In this document: positions 1 through 13,314 of the stretch, in pieces | How the letters are laid out: every line of letters begins with the position of its first letter | Numbering within the stretch: the first letter of the stretch is position 1 | NCBI RefSeq assembly: GCF_001677475.2 | Contig: NZ_CP015229.1 | From: Escherichia coli | Lineage (GTDB): Bacteria > Pseudomonadota > Gammaproteobacteria > Enterobacterales > Enterobacteriaceae | DNA: 64,000 nucleotides | Direction: 5' to 3' (one strand) | Program-made: the position numbers and the translations under genes | Notes under the pieces: generated by a model | What the model saw: only the letters and a program-made list of their open reading frames with translations | Databases searched by the model: none | Told to the model about the DNA's origin: nothing

Positions 1-163
1 ACGTTTGCTGGCGAGCGACGATTACCAACAACAGCTGGCAGAAGCCATTTACAAAGGCTTGCGCAATTATTTCCTTGCGCATCCGATGCAATCTGCGCCG
101 CAGGGGGCAACGGCACAAACGGCCAGTACGGTGACGACGCCAGATCGCACGCTGCCAAACTAA
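1..163 (+). CDS. amiB: N-acetylmuramoyl-L-alanine amidase AmiB, 3' end (partial, start upstream of window)
   Basis: Frame from position 2 reads ...PDRTLPN then TAA at 161-163; sits immediately upstream of mutL as in E. coli. Confidence 0.7.
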
Positions 164-172
164 GGACGATTG

Positions 173-2020
173 ATGCCAATTCAGGTCTTACCGCCACAAC
201 TGGCGAACCAGATTGCCGCAGGTGAGGTGGTCGAGCGACCTGCGTCGGTAGTCAAAGAACTGGTGGAAAACAGCCTCGATGCAGGTGCGACGCGTATCGA
301 TATTGATATCGAACGCGGTGGGGCGAAACTTATCCGCATTCGTGATAACGGCTGCGGTATCAAAAAAGATGAGCTGGCGCTGGCGCTGGCTCGTCATGCC
401 ACCAGTAAAATCGCCTCTCTGGACGATCTCGAAGCCATTATCAGCCTGGGCTTTCGCGGTGAGGCGCTGGCGAGTATCAGTTCGGTTTCCCGCCTGACGC
501 TCACTTCACGTACCGCAGAACAGCAGGAAGCCTGGCAGGCCTATGCCGAAGGGCGCGATATGGACGTGACGGTAAAACCGGCGGCGCATCCTGTGGGAAC
601 GACGCTGGAGGTGCTGGATCTGTTCTACAACACTCCGGCGCGGCGCAAATTCCTGCGCACTGAGAAAACCGAATTTAACCATATCGATGAGATCATCCGC
701 CGCATTGCGCTGGCGCGTTTCGACGTCACGATCAACCTGTCGCATAACGGTAAAATTGTGCGTCAGTACCGCGCAGTGCCGGAAGGCGGGCAAAAAGAAC
801 GGCGCTTAGGCGCGATTTGCGGCACCGCTTTTCTCGAACAAGCGCTGGCGATTGAATGGCAACACGGCGATCTCACCCTGCGCGGCTGGGTGGCCGATCC
901 AAATCACACCACGCCCGCACTGGCGGAAATTCAGTATTGCTACGTGAATGGTCGCATGATGCGCGATCGTCTGATCAATCACGCGATCCGCCAGGCCTGT
1001 GAAGACAAACTGGGTGCCGATCAGCAACCGGCATTTGTGCTGTATCTGGAGATCGACCCACATCAGGTGGACGTCAACGTGCATCCCGCCAAACACGAAG
1101 TGCGTTTTCATCAGTCGCGTCTGGTGCATGATTTTATCTATCAGGGCGTACTGAGCGTGCTACAACAGCAACTGGAAACGCCGCTACCGCTGGACGATGA
1201 ACCACAACCTGCACCGCGCGCTATCCCGGAAAACCGCGTGGCGGCGGGGCGCAATCATTTTGCTGAACCGGCAGTTCGTGAGCCAGTAGCTCCGCGTTAC
1301 ACTCCTGCGTCCGCCTCAGGCAGTCGTCCGGCTGCCCCCTGGCCGAATGCGCAGCCAGGCTACCAGAAACAGCAAGGTGAAGTGTATCGCCAGCTTTTGC
1401 AAACGCCCGCGCCGATGCAAAAACCAAAAGCGCCAGAACCGCAGGAACCTGCACTTGCGGCGAACAGTCAGAGTTTTGGTCGGGTACTGACTATCGTTCA
1501 TTCCGACTGTGCGTTGCTGGAGCGCGACGGCAACATTTCACTTTTAGCCTTGCCAGTGGCAGAACGTTGGCTGCGTCAGGCGCAACTGACGCCGGGTGAA
1601 GCGCCAGTTTGCGCCCAGCCGTTGCTGATTCCGCTGCGGCTAAAAGTTTCTGGCGAAGAAAAATCGGCATTAGAAAAAGCGCAGTCTGCCCTGGCGGAAT
1701 TGGGTATTGATTTCCAGTCAGATGCACAGCATGTGACCATCAGGGCCGTGCCTTTACCCTTACGCCAACAAAATTTACAAATCTTGATTCCTGAACTGAT
1801 AGGCTACCTGGCGAAGCAGTCCGTATTCGAACCTGGCAATATTGCGCAGTGGATTGCACGAAATCTGATGAGCGAACATGCGCAGTGGTCAATGGCGCAG
1901 GCCATAACCCTGCTGGCGGACGTGGAACGGTTATGTCCGCAACTTGTGAAAACGCCGCCGGGTGGTCTGTTACAATCTGTTGATTTACATCCGGCGATAA
2001 AAGCCCTGAAAGATGAGTGA
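173..2020 (+). CDS. mutL: DNA mismatch repair protein MutL
   Basis: ORF track 170..2020; ATG at 173 gives [23 protein letters not shown] (GHKL ATPase N-terminus), 615 aa. Confidence 0.95.
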
Positions 2021-2963
2021 TATCAGTAAGGCGAGCCTGCCTAAGGCGATTTTTTTGATGGGGCCGACGGCCTCCGGTAAAACGGCGTTAGCCATTGAGC
2101 TGCGTAAAATTTTACCAGTAGAGTTGATAAGCGTTGATTCTGCCCTTATTTACAAAGGGATGGATATCGGGACGGCGAAGCCGAACGCTGAAGAGTTACT
2201 CGCCGCGCCGCACCGATTGCTGGATATTCGCGATCCGTCGCAGGCTTACTCGGCTGCTGATTTTCGCCGCGATGCGCTGGCGGAAATGGCCGATATCACC
2301 GCGGCGGGGCGGATCCCACTGTTAGTGGGCGGTACGATGTTGTATTTCAAGGCATTGCTGGAAGGGTTGTCGCCGCTACCGTCGGCAGACCCGGAAGTGC
2401 GGGCCAGAATTGAGCAACAGGCGGCAGAGCAAGGTTGGGAGTCATTGCATCGTCAACTTCAGGAGGTAGATCCGGTTGCGGCAGCAAGGATTCATCCAAA
2501 TGATCCACAAAGGCTTTCCCGGGCACTGGAAGTTTTTTTCATTTCGGGTAAAACTTTAACGGAACTGACGCAAACGTCAGGAGACGCTCTACCGTATCAG
2601 GTGCATCAGTTCGCCATCGCCCCGGCGAGCCGTGAACTGCTCCATCAACGCATTGAGCAGCGTTTTCATCAGATGTTGGCTTCAGGTTTTGAAGCAGAAG
2701 TCCGGGCGCTTTTTGCCCGAGGAGATTTGCATACGGACTTGCCTTCCATTCGTTGCGTGGGTTATCGCCAGATGTGGTCTTACCTTGAAGGCGAAATCTC
2801 ATACGATGAAATGGTTTATCGAGGTGTTTGCGCCACGAGACAGTTGGCGAAGCGGCAGATAACCTGGCTGCGTGGTTGGGAAGGGGTTCACTGGCTTGAT
2901 AGTGAAAAACCAGAACAGGCGCGTGACGAAGTATTACAGGTTGTTGGTGCTATCGCAGGCTGA
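2013..2963 (+). CDS. miaA: tRNA dimethylallyltransferase
   Basis: 316-aa ORF with P-loop GPTASGKT; start overlaps mutL 3' end by 8 bp. Confidence 0.95.
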
Positions 2964-3036
2964 ATGTGTACAATTGAGATGTATCGTGCGCAATTTTTTC
3001 AGAATCGAAAGGTTCAAAGTACAAATAAGCATATAA

Positions 3037-3357
<321 letters not shown>

Positions 3358-3433
3358 GGTTTCGGGCTGTTTTTTTTACACGGGGAGCCAGCGATCCTGC
3401 GTTCCCCGCTGATCTATTTAGAGGGTTATACGC

Positions 3434-4714
3434 TTGTTTGACCGTTATGATGCTGGTGAGCAGGCGGTACTGGTACACATCTATTTTACGCAAGACAAAG
3501 ATATGGAAGACCTCCAGGAGTTTGAATCTCTGGTCTCTTCCGCCGGTGTCGAAGCATTGCAGGTGATTACCGGTAGCCGTAAAGCGCCGCACCCAAAGTA
3601 TTTTGTAGGTGAAGGTAAAGCAGTTGAAATTGCGGAAGCTGTCAAAGCGACGGGTGCTTCGGTCGTTCTTTTTGACCATGCCCTGAGCCCGGCGCAAGAG
3701 CGTAACCTGGAGCGTTTGTGCGAGTGTCGTGTTATCGACCGCACCGGCCTTATTTTAGATATTTTCGCCCAACGTGCGCGTACCCATGAGGGTAAGTTGC
3801 AGGTTGAGCTGGCGCAGCTGCGCCATCTGGCTACGCGCCTGGTGCGTGGCTGGACCCACCTTGAAAGACAGAAAGGCGGGATAGGTTTGCGTGGTCCGGG
3901 TGAAACCCAGCTCGAAACCGACCGTCGTTTGTTGCGTAATCGCATCGTGCAGATACAGTCGCGCCTGGAAAGAGTTGAAAAGCAGCGTGAGCAGGGGCGG
4001 CAATCGCGTATCAAAGCCGACGTTCCTACTGTTTCGCTGGTGGGATATACCAACGCCGGTAAATCTACCCTTTTCAATCGCATCACCGAAGCGCGGGTCT
4101 ACGCGGCAGACCAGTTGTTTGCCACCCTCGACCCGACGTTGCGGCGTATTGACGTTGCAGATGTCGGTGAAACCGTGTTGGCAGATACCGTAGGGTTTAT
4201 TCGCCACCTGCCGCACGATCTGGTGGCAGCATTTAAAGCCACGTTACAAGAGACGCGGCAAGCCACATTACTGCTGCATGTCATTGATGCGGCGGATGTG
4301 CGTGTACAAGAAAACATCGAAGCGGTGAATACGGTTCTTGAAGAGATCGACGCTCACGAGATCCCAACCCTGCTGGTGATGAACAAGATCGATATGCTGG
4401 AAGATTTCGAACCACGTATTGATCGGGACGAAGAGAACAAACCGATCCGTGTCTGGCTTTCCGCACAGACCGGAGCGGGGATACCACAGCTTTTTCAGGC
4501 TTTGACGGAGCGGCTTTCCGGCGAGGTGGCGCAGCATACATTGCGTCTGCCACCGCAGGAAGGGCGTCTGAGAAGTCGTTTTTATCAGCTTCAGGCAATA
4601 GAAAAAGAGTGGATGGAGGAGGACGGCAGCGTAAGTCTGCAAGTTCGTATGCCGATCGTTGACTGGCGTCGCCTCTGTAAACAAGAACCGGCGTTGATCG
4701 ATTACCTGATCTAA
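3434..4714 (+). CDS. hflX: GTPase HflX
   Basis: 426-aa ORF with [10 protein letters not shown]1 motif; apparent TTG start preceded by GAGGG. Confidence 0.93.
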   Translation: MFDRYDAGEQAVLVHIYFTQDKDMEDLQEFESLVSSAGVEALQVITGSRKAPHPKYFVGEGKAVEIAEAVKATGASVVLFDHALSPAQERNLERLCECRVIDRTGLILDIFAQRARTHEGKLQVELAQLRHLATRLVRGWTHLERQKGGIGLRGPGETQLETDRRLLRNRIVQIQSRLERVEKQREQGRQSRIKADVPTVSLVGYTNAGKSTLFNRITEARVYAADQLFATLDPTLRRIDVADVGETVLADTVGFIRHLPHDLVAAFKATLQETRQATLLLHVIDAADVRVQENIEAVNTVLEEIDAHEIPTLLVMNKIDMLEDFEPRIDRDEENKPIRVWLSAQTGAGIPQLFQALTERLSGEVAQHTLRLPPQEGRLRSRFYQLQAIEKEWMEEDGSVSLQVRMPIVDWRRLCKQEPALIDYLI

Positions 4715-4799
4715 CGGCGTAGCGTCTGAAGCGTGGAGTCATATCCTCTGGCGTCGAAAGACAACAGGGATCACCGCATAACAAATATGGAGCACAAAC

Positions 4800-6059
4800 A
4801 TGGCGTGGAATCAGCCCGGTAATAACGGACAAGACCGCGACCCGTGGGGAAGCAGCAAACCTGGCGGCAACTCTGAGGGAAATGGAAACAAAGGCGGTCG
4901 CGATCAAGGGCCACCTGATTTAGATGATATCTTCCGCAAACTGAGCAAAAAGCTCGGTGGTCTGGGCGGCGGTAAAGGCACCGGATCTGGCGGTGGCAGT
5001 TCATCGCAAGGCCCGCGCCCGCAGCTTGGCGGTCGTGTCGTTACCATCGCAGCGGCAGCGATTGTCATTATCTGGGCGGCCAGTGGTTTCTATACCATTA
5101 AAGAAGCCGAACGCGGCGTGGTAACACGCTTTGGTAAATTCAGCCATCTGGTTGAGCCGGGTCTGAACTGGAAACCGACGTTTATCGACGAAGTCAAACC
5201 GGTGAACGTGGAAGCCGTGCGTGAACTGGCCGCTTCTGGTGTGATGCTGACGTCGGACGAGAACGTAGTGCGCGTTGAGATGAACGTGCAGTACCGCGTC
5301 ACCAATCCGGAAAAATATCTGTATAGCGTGACCAGCCCGGATGACAGCCTGCGTCAGGCTACCGACAGCGCCCTGCGTGGGGTTATCGGTAAATACACCA
5401 TGGACCGCATTCTGACGGAAGGTCGTACCGTGATTCGTAGCGATACTCAGCGCGAACTGGAAGAGACGATTCGTCCGTATGACATGGGTATCACGCTGCT
5501 GGACGTCAACTTCCAGGCAGCTCGTCCGCCGGAAGAAGTAAAAGCGGCGTTTGACGATGCGATTGCCGCGCGTGAAAACGAACAGCAATACATTCGTGAA
5601 GCAGAAGCGTATACCAACGAAGTTCAGCCGCGTGCGAACGGTCAGGCGCAACGTATCCTCGAAGAGGCGCGTGCGTACAAGGCCCAGACCATCCTGGAAG
5701 CTCAGGGTGAAGTGGCGCGCTTTGCTAAACTTCTGCCGGAATATAAAGCCGCGCCGGAAATTACTCGCGAGCGTCTGTATATCGAGACGATGGAAAAAGT
5801 GTTGGGCAACACCCGCAAAGTGCTGGTTAACGATAAAGGTGGCAACCTGATGGTTCTGCCGTTAGACCAGATGCTGAAAGGGGGTAACGCCCCTGCGGCG
5901 AAGAGCGATAACGGTACCAGCAATCTGCTGCGTATGCCGCCAGCCTCTTCCTCCACAACCAGTGGAGCAAGCAACACGTCGTCCACCAGTCAGGGCGATA
6001 TTATGGACCAACGCCGCGCCAACGCGCAGCGTAACGACTACCAGCGTCAGGGGGAATAA
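4800..6059 (+). CDS. hflK: FtsH modulator HflK (SPFH/band 7)
   Basis: 419-aa ORF, Gly-rich N-terminus, one TM segment, SPFH domain. Confidence 0.95.
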   Translation: MAWNQPGNNGQDRDPWGSSKPGGNSEGNGNKGGRDQGPPDLDDIFRKLSKKLGGLGGGKGTGSGGGSSSQGPRPQLGGRVVTIAAAAIVIIWAASGFYTIKEAERGVVTRFGKFSHLVEPGLNWKPTFIDEVKPVNVEAVRELAASGVMLTSDENVVRVEMNVQYRVTNPEKYLYSVTSPDDSLRQATDSALRGVIGKYTMDRILTEGRTVIRSDTQRELEETIRPYDMGITLLDVNFQAARPPEEVKAAFDDAIAARENEQQYIREAEAYTNEVQPRANGQAQRILEEARAYKAQTILEAQGEVARFAKLLPEYKAAPEITRERLYIETMEKVLGNTRKVLVNDKGGNLMVLPLDQMLKGGNAPAAKSDNGTSNLLRMPPASSSTTSGASNTSSTSQGDIMDQRRANAQRNDYQRQGE

Positions 6060-6061
6060 CG

Positions 6062-7066
6062 ATGCGTAAGTCAGTTATCGCGATTATCATCATCGTGCTG
6101 GTAGTGCTTTACATGTCTGTCTTTGTCGTCAAAGAAGGTGAGCGCGGTATTACGCTGCGTTTTGGTAAGGTACTGCGTGACGATGACAACAAACCTCTGG
6201 TTTATGAGCCGGGTCTGCATTTCAAGATACCGTTCATTGAAACGGTGAAAATGCTCGACGCACGTATTCAGACCATGGACAACCAGGCCGACCGCTTTGT
6301 GACCAAAGAGAAGAAAGACCTGATCGTCGACTCTTACATCAAATGGCGCATCAGCGATTTCAGCCGTTACTACCTGGCAACGGGCGGTGGCGACATTTCG
6401 CAAGCGGAAGTGCTGTTGAAACGTAAGTTCTCTGACCGTCTGCGTTCTGAAATTGGTCGTCTGGACGTGAAAGACATCGTCACCGATTCCCGTGGTCGTC
6501 TGACCCTCGAGGTACGTGACGCGCTGAACTCCGGTTCTGCGGGTACAGAAGATGAAGTTACTACCCCGGCGGCAGATAACGCCATTGCCGAAGCGGCAGA
6601 GCGCGTAACGGCTGAGACGAAGGGCAAAGTTCCGGTCATCAACCCGAACAGTATGGCGGCGCTGGGTATTGAAGTTGTCGATGTGCGAATTAAGCAGATC
6701 AACCTGCCGACCGAAGTGTCTGAAGCAATCTACAACCGTATGCGCGCCGAGCGTGAAGCGGTAGCGCGTCGTCACCGTTCACAAGGTCAGGAAGAAGCGG
6801 AAAAACTGCGCGCGACTGCCGACTATGAAGTGACCAGAACGTTGGCTGAAGCTGAGCGTCAGGGCCGCATCATGCGTGGTGAAGGCGATGCAGAAGCAGC
6901 CAAACTGTTTGCTGATGCATTCAGTAAAGATCCGGACTTCTACGCATTTATCCGTAGCCTGCGTGCTTATGAGAACAGCTTCTCTGGCAATCAGGACGTG
7001 ATGGTCATGAGCCCGGATAGCGATTTCTTCCGCTACATGAAGACGCCGACTTCCGCAACGCGTTAA
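6062..7066 (+). CDS. hflC: FtsH modulator HflC (SPFH/band 7)
   Basis: 334-aa ORF starting 2 bp after hflK stop; N-terminal TM plus SPFH domain. Confidence 0.95.
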   Translation: MRKSVIAIIIIVLVVLYMSVFVVKEGERGITLRFGKVLRDDDNKPLVYEPGLHFKIPFIETVKMLDARIQTMDNQADRFVTKEKKDLIVDSYIKWRISDFSRYYLATGGGDISQAEVLLKRKFSDRLRSEIGRLDVKDIVTDSRGRLTLEVRDALNSGSAGTEDEVTTPAADNAIAEAAERVTAETKGKVPVINPNSMAALGIEVVDVRIKQINLPTEVSEAIYNRMRAEREAVARRHRSQGQEEAEKLRATADYEVTRTLAEAERQGRIMRGEGDAEAAKLFADAFSKDPDFYAFIRSLRAYENSFSGNQDVMVMSPDSDFFRYMKTPTSATR

Positions 7067-7095
7067 TATAACGACTGCGGTACAGGTCAATAAAG

Positions 7096-7132
7096 CCACC
7101 GCATCCTCAGGGATGTCGGTGGTTTTCTTTTT
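7096..7132 (+). terminator. Rho-independent terminator after hflC
   Basis: Inverted repeat CCACCG...CGGTGG followed by TTTTCTTTTTC. Confidence 0.5.
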
Positions 7133-7147
7133 CTATAAGGATAATCA

Positions 7148-7345
7148 ATGAATTCGACAATCTGGCTGGCGCTTGCCCTGGTTTTGGTGCTGGAAGGTTT
7201 AGGGCCGATGCTTTACCCGAAGGCATGGAAGAAGATGATCTCTGCGATGACCAATTTGCCCGATAATATTTTACGTCGTTTTGGCGGTGGACTTGTGGTT
7301 GCGGGCGTTGTGGTCTACTACATGTTGAGGAAAACGATTGGCTGA
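7148..7345 (+). CDS. yjeT: small inner-membrane protein YjeT
   Basis: 65-aa hydrophobic ORF at the K-12 position between hflC and purA. Confidence 0.8.
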   Translation: MNSTIWLALALVLVLEGLGPMLYPKAWKKMISAMTNLPDNILRRFGGGLVVAGVVVYYMLRKTIG

Positions 7346-7390
7346 ACAAAAAACAGACTGATCGAGGTCATTTTTGAGTGCAAAAAGTGC

Positions 7391-7418
7391 TGTAACTCTG
7401 AAAAAGCGATGGTAGAAT
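7391..7418 (+). promoter_or_regulatory. candidate sigma70 promoter for purA (-35 TGTAAC, -10 TAGAAT)
   Basis: Hexamers with ~16 bp spacing about 30 bp upstream of purA ATG; not experimentally anchored here. Confidence 0.3.
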
Positions 7419-7426
7419 CCATTTTT

Positions 7427-7443
7427 AAGCAAACGGTGATTTT
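7427..7443 (+). promoter_or_regulatory. PurR-box-like sequence upstream of purA
   Basis: AAGCAAACGGTGATTT, about 11/16 match to PUR box ACGCAAACGTTTTCTT. Confidence 0.25.
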
Positions 7444-7445
7444 GA

Positions 7446-8747
<1,302 letters not shown>

Positions 8748-8951
8748 TTCTGGTACGCCTGGCAGATATTTTGCCTGCCGGGCTAACAGTATGATACATT
8801 GCTGTGTCGGTTAAGCCATTACGCTATCCGACACAGTGTTAAATCCTCGCTTTTTTCCTTCCCCGAACTGAAATAAATTAGCGACACAGCTTGTGGCTGG
8901 TTTATCATCAATATAAATGTATTTTTTCCCGATTTCCCTTTTGAGGTTGAT

Positions 8952-9377
8952 GTGCAGTTAACGAGTTTCACTGATTACGGATTACGTGCGCTGATCTACA
9001 TGGCGTCATTGCCAGAAGGGCGGATGACCAGTATTTCTGAAGTGACTGACGTCTACGGCGTCTCCCGTAATCATATGGTCAAAATAATCAATCAACTTAG
9101 TCGTGCCGGCTACGTGACTGCTGTTCGTGGAAAAAATGGCGGCATTCGTCTGGGTAAACCGGCGAGTGCGATACGTATTGGTGATGTGGTGCGCGAGCTG
9201 GAGCCCTTATCGCTGGTGAATTGCAGCAGTGAGTTTTGCCACATTACACCTGCCTGTCGGTTGAAACAGGCACTTTCTAAGGCCGTGCAAAGTTTTCTTA
9301 CGGAACTGGATAACTACACGCTTGCCGATTTGGTTGAAGAGAATCAACCGCTTTATAAATTATTGCTGGTGGAGTGA
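8952..9377 (+). CDS. nsrR: NO-sensing Rrf2-family repressor NsrR
   Basis: 141-aa ORF with apparent GTG start; Rrf2 HTH and Cys residues. Confidence 0.9.
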
Positions 9378-9415
9378 CGAAAATCTTCATCAGAGATGAC
9401 AACGGAGGAACCGAG

Positions 9416-11857
9416 ATGTCACAAGATCCTTTCCAGGAACGCGAAGCTGAAAAATACGCGAATCCCATCCCTAGTCGGGAATTTATCCTCGAACATTTAA
9501 CCAAACGTGAAAAACCGGCCAGCCGTGATGAGCTGGCGGTAGAACTGCACATTGAAGGCGAAGAGCAGCTTGAAGGCCTGCGTCGCCGCCTGCGCGCGAT
9601 GGAGCGCGATGGTCAACTGGTCTTCACTCGTCGTCAGTGCTATGCGCTGCCGGAACGCCTCGACCTGGTGAAAGGTACCGTTATTGGCCACCGTGATGGC
9701 TACGGCTTTCTGCGGGTTGAAGGGCGTAAAGATGATTTGTATCTCTCCAGCGAGCAGATGAAAACCTGCATTCATGGCGATCAGGTGCTGGCGCAGCCGC
9801 TGGGCGCTGACCGTAAAGGTCGTCGTGAAGCGCGTATCGTCCGCGTACTGGTGCCAAAAACCAGCCAGATTGTTGGTCGCTACTTTACCGAAGCGGGCGT
9901 CGGCTTTGTGGTTCCTGACGACAGTCGTTTGAGCTTCGATATCTTAATCCCGCCCGATCAGATCATGGGTGCGCGGATGGGCTTTGTGGTGGTGGTTGAA
10001 CTGACCCAACGCCCGACTCGCCGTACCAAAGCGGTGGGTAAAATCGTCGAAGTGCTGGGCGACAATATGGGCACCGGCATGGCGGTTGATATCGCTCTGC
10101 GTACCCATGAAATTCCGTATATCTGGCCGCAGGCTGTTGAGCAACAGGTTGCCGGGCTGAAAGAAGAAGTGCCGGAAGAAGCAAAAGCGGGCCGTGTCGA
10201 TCTGCGCGATTTACCGCTGGTCACCATTGATGGCGAAGACGCCCGTGACTTTGACGATGCAGTTTACTGCGAGAAAAAACGCGGCGGCGGCTGGCGTTTA
10301 TGGGTCGCGATTGCCGACGTCAGCTACTATGTGCGTCCGCCAACACCGCTGGACAGAGAAGCGCGTAACCGTGGTACGTCGGTGTACTTCCCTTCGCAGG
10401 TTATCCCGATGCTGCCGGAAGTGCTCTCTAACGGTCTGTGTTCGCTCAACCCGCAGGTAGACCGCCTGTGTATGGTGTGCGAGATGACGGTTTCGTCGAA
10501 AGGCCGCCTGACTGGCTACAAATTCTATGAAGCGGTAATGAGCTCTCACGCACGTCTGACCTACACCAAAGTCTGGCATATTCTGCAGGGCGATCAGGAT
10601 CTGCGCGAGCAGTACGCCCCGCTGGTTAAGCATCTCGAAGAGTTGCATAACCTCTATAAAGTGCTGGATAAAGCCCGTGAAGAACGCGGTGGGATCTCAT
10701 TTGAGAGCGAAGAAGCGAAGTTCATTTTCAACGCCGAACGCCGTATTGAACGTATCGAACAGACCCAGCGTAACGACGCACACAAATTAATTGAAGAGTG
10801 CATGATTCTGGCGAATATCTCGGCGGCGCGTTTCGTTGAGAAAGCCAAAGAACCGGCACTGTTCCGTATTCACGATAAGCCGAGCACCGAAGCGATTACC
10901 TCTTTCCGTTCAGTGCTGGCGGAGCTGGGGCTGGAACTGCCGGGCGGTAACAAGCCGGAACCGCGTGACTACGCGGAGCTGCTGGAGTCGGTTGCCGATC
11001 GTCCTGATGCAGAAATGCTGCAAACCATGCTGCTGCGCTCGATGAAACAGGCGATTTACGATCCGGAAAACCGTGGTCACTTCGGTCTGGCATTGCAGTC
11101 CTATGCGCACTTCACTTCGCCGATTCGTCGTTATCCTGACCTGACGCTGCACCGCGCCATTAAGTATCTGCTGGCGAAAGAGCAGGGGCATCAGGGCAAC
11201 ACCACTGAAACCGGCGGCTACCATTATTCGATGGAAGAGATGCTGCAACTGGGTCAGCACTGTTCGATGGCGGAACGTCGTGCCGACGAAGCAACGCGCG
11301 ATGTGGCTGACTGGCTGAAGTGTGACTTTATGCTCGACCAGGTAGGTAACGTCTTTAAAGGCGTAATTTCCAGCGTCACTGGCTTTGGATTCTTTGTCCG
11401 TCTGGACGACTTGTTCATTGATGGTCTGGTCCATGTCTCTTCGCTGGACAATGACTACTATCGCTTTGACCAGGTAGGGCAACGCCTGATGGGTGAATCC
11501 AGCGGCCAGACTTATCGCCTGGGCGATCGCGTGGAAGTTCGCGTCGAAGCGGTTAATATGGACGAGCGCAAAATCGACTTTAGCCTGATCTCCAGCGAAC
11601 GCGCACCGCGCAACGTCGGTAAAACGGCGCGCGAGAAAGCGAAAAAAGGCGATGCAGGCAAAAAAGGCGGCAAGCGTCGTCAGGTCGGTAAAAAGGTAAA
11701 CTTTGAGCCAGACAGTGCCTTCCGCGGCGAGAAAAAACCGAAGCCGAAAGCGGCGAAGAAAGACGCGAGAAAAGCGAAAAAGCCATCGGCTAAAACGCAG
11801 AAAATAGCCGCAGCGACCAAAGCGAAGCGTGCGGCGAAGAAAAAAGTGGCAGAGTGA
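9416..11857 (+). CDS. rnr: ribonuclease R
   Basis: ATG at 9416 gives [17 protein letters not shown], 813 aa; RNB domain, S1 domain, Lys-rich basic C-terminal tail; track ORF starts 14 codons upstream. Confidence 0.93.
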   Translation: MSQDPFQEREAEKYANPIPSREFILEHLTKREKPASRDELAVELHIEGEEQLEGLRRRLRAMERDGQLVFTRRQCYALPERLDLVKGTVIGHRDGYGFLRVEGRKDDLYLSSEQMKTCIHGDQVLAQPLGADRKGRREARIVRVLVPKTSQIVGRYFTEAGVGFVVPDDSRLSFDILIPPDQIMGARMGFVVVVELTQRPTRRTKAVGKIVEVLGDNMGTGMAVDIALRTHEIPYIWPQAVEQQVAGLKEEVPEEAKAGRVDLRDLPLVTIDGEDARDFDDAVYCEKKRGGGWRLWVAIADVSYYVRPPTPLDREARNRGTSVYFPSQVIPMLPEVLSNGLCSLNPQVDRLCMVCEMTVSSKGRLTGYKFYEAVMSSHARLTYTKVWHILQGDQDLREQYAPLVKHLEELHNLYKVLDKAREERGGISFESEEAKFIFNAERRIERIEQTQRNDAHKLIEECMILANISAARFVEKAKEPALFRIHDKPSTEAITSFRSVLAELGLELPGGNKPEPRDYAELLESVADRPDAEMLQTMLLRSMKQAIYDPENRGHFGLALQSYAHFTSPIRRYPDLTLHRAIKYLLAKEQGHQGNTTETGGYHYSMEEMLQLGQHCSMAERRADEATRDVADWLKCDFMLDQVGNVFKGVISSVTGFGFFVRLDDLFIDGLVHVSSLDNDYYRFDQVGQRLMGESSGQTYRLGDRVEVRVEAVNMDERKIDFSLISSERAPRNVGKTAREKAKKGDAGKKGGKRRQVGKKVNFEPDSAFRGEKKPKPKAAKKDARKAKKPSAKTQKIAAATKAKRAAKKKVAE

Positions 11858-11924
11858 TCATAACCCTCTTCAAACAGAAGAGGGGCAGATTGCTGACAAA
11901 ATGCGCTTTGTTCATGCCGGATGC

Positions 11925-12013
11925 GGCGTGAACGCCTTATCCGGCCTACATAATCACGCAAATTCAATATATTGCAGGAATCATGTAGGCCAGATAAGCG
12001 TAGCGCATCAGGC
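11925..12013. repeat. REP (repetitive extragenic palindromic) elements
   Basis: GCCGGATGCGGCGTGAACGCCTTATCCGGCCTACA and inverted partner. Confidence 0.6.
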
Positions 12014-12037
12014 AAAACGTAAACAACGAGTACATTA

Positions 12038-12769
12038 ATGAGCGAAATGATTTACGGCATCCACGCAGTGCAGGCCCTGCTGGAGCGCGCCCCTGAACGT
12101 TTTCAGGAAGTCTTTATTTTAAAAGGCCGTGAAGATAAACGTCTGTTACCGCTGATTCACGCCCTTGAGTCCCAGGGCGTGGTTATCCAGCTGGCAAACC
12201 GCCAATATCTCGACGAGAAAAGCGACGGTGCCGTGCATCAGGGCATTATCGCCCGTGTGAAGCCAGGACGGCAGTATCAGGAAAACGATCTGCCGGATCT
12301 GATCGCTTCGCTCGATCAACCGTTCCTGCTGATCCTCGACGGCGTAACCGATCCGCACAACCTTGGTGCGTGCCTGCGTAGCGCGGATGCCGCTGGCGTT
12401 CATGCAGTGATTGTGCCGAAAGATCGCTCCGCTCAACTCAACGCCACGGCGAAAAAAGTGGCCTGTGGTGCGGCAGAAAGCGTTCCGCTGATTCGGGTGA
12501 CTAACCTGGCGCGCACCATGCGTATGTTGCAGGAAGAGAATATCTGGATCGTCGGTACGGCAGGTGAAGCGGATCATACGCTTTATCAGAGCAAAATGAC
12601 CGGACGCCTGGCGCTGGTGATGGGCGCGGAAGGTGAAGGTATGCGTCGCCTGACCCGTGAACATTGCGACGAGTTGATCAGCATCCCAATGGCAGGAAGT
12701 GTTTCTTCGCTGAACGTTTCTGTGGCGACAGGGATTTGCTTATTTGAAGCGGTGCGTCAGCGCAGCTAA
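12038..12769 (+). CDS. rlmB: 23S rRNA Gm2251 2'-O-methyltransferase
   Basis: 243-aa SpoU/TrmH-family ORF. Confidence 0.9.
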
Positions 12770-12789
12770 TTCCTCTGAATTATGAAAAG

Positions 12790-12816
12790 CCATCCAGATT
12801 TGGATGGTTTTTTTTG
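12790..12816 (+). terminator. Rho-independent terminator after rlmB
   Basis: CCATCCA-gatt-TGGATGG followed by TTTTTTTT. Confidence 0.6.
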
Positions 12817-12894
12817 TCTATAGCTGGTAAGATAATTACGTACTGCAAATATTCATTTTATTAATATTTAAACTTAATTTATATGGAATAATAT

Positions 12895-13296
12895 ATGACA
12901 TGGAATCCGTTGGCGCTGGCGACGGCGCTGCAAACTGTACCTGAGCAAAATATTGATGTAACAAATGGCGAGAACGCATTAATTATTAAAATGAATGATT
13001 ATGGCGATTTGCAAATCAATATTCTATTTACTTCCCGCCAAATGATTATCGAAACCTTTATTTGTCCGGTAAGTAGTATCAGCAATCCAGATGAATTTAA
13101 TACCTTCTTATTAAGAAATCAGAAGATGATGCCGTTGTCATCGGTAGGGATCTCCAGCGTGCAACATGAAGAGTATTACATTGTTTTCGGTGCGTTATCG
13201 CTTAAATCTTCTCTTGAAGATATCCTGCTTGAGATAACCTCGCTGGTAGATAACGCATTGGATCTGGCTGAAATTACAGAAGAATATTCACACTAA
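12895..13296 (+). CDS. yjfI: uncharacterized protein YjfI
   Basis: 133-aa ORF in AT-rich DNA; first gene of the yjfI-yjfC cluster. Confidence 0.75.
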   Translation: MTWNPLALATALQTVPEQNIDVTNGENALIIKMNDYGDLQINILFTSRQMIIETFICPVSSISNPDEFNTFLLRNQKMMPLSSVGISSVQHEEYYIVFGALSLKSSLEDILLEITSLVDNALDLAEITEEYSH

Positions 13297-13314
13297 TTAC
13301 AAGGACAGGTATTT

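Noticed and set aside
3381-3409. Hairpin CGGGGA...TCCCCG after hfq as an intrinsic terminator
   Set aside because: Not followed by a U-tract on the coding strand; hfq-hflX are known to be co-transcribed, so it was left uncalled.
5001-5651. 216-aa antisense ORF inside hflK
   Set aside because: Lies opposite a well-supported conserved gene, has no SD and an Arg/Thr-rich composition typical of out-of-frame reading of GC-rich coding DNA.
9374-9415. N-terminal extension of rnr (track ORF starts [14 protein letters not shown])
   Set aside because: The downstream ATG at 9416 gives the conserved MSQDPFQ N-terminus and the expected 813-aa length; the extension has no SD.
10910-11482. 190-aa antisense ORF inside rnr
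   Set aside because: Shadow ORF on the opposite strand of a strongly conserved gene.
11829-12038. 69-aa ORF between rnr and rlmB
   Set aside because: Covers REP elements; no coding signature.
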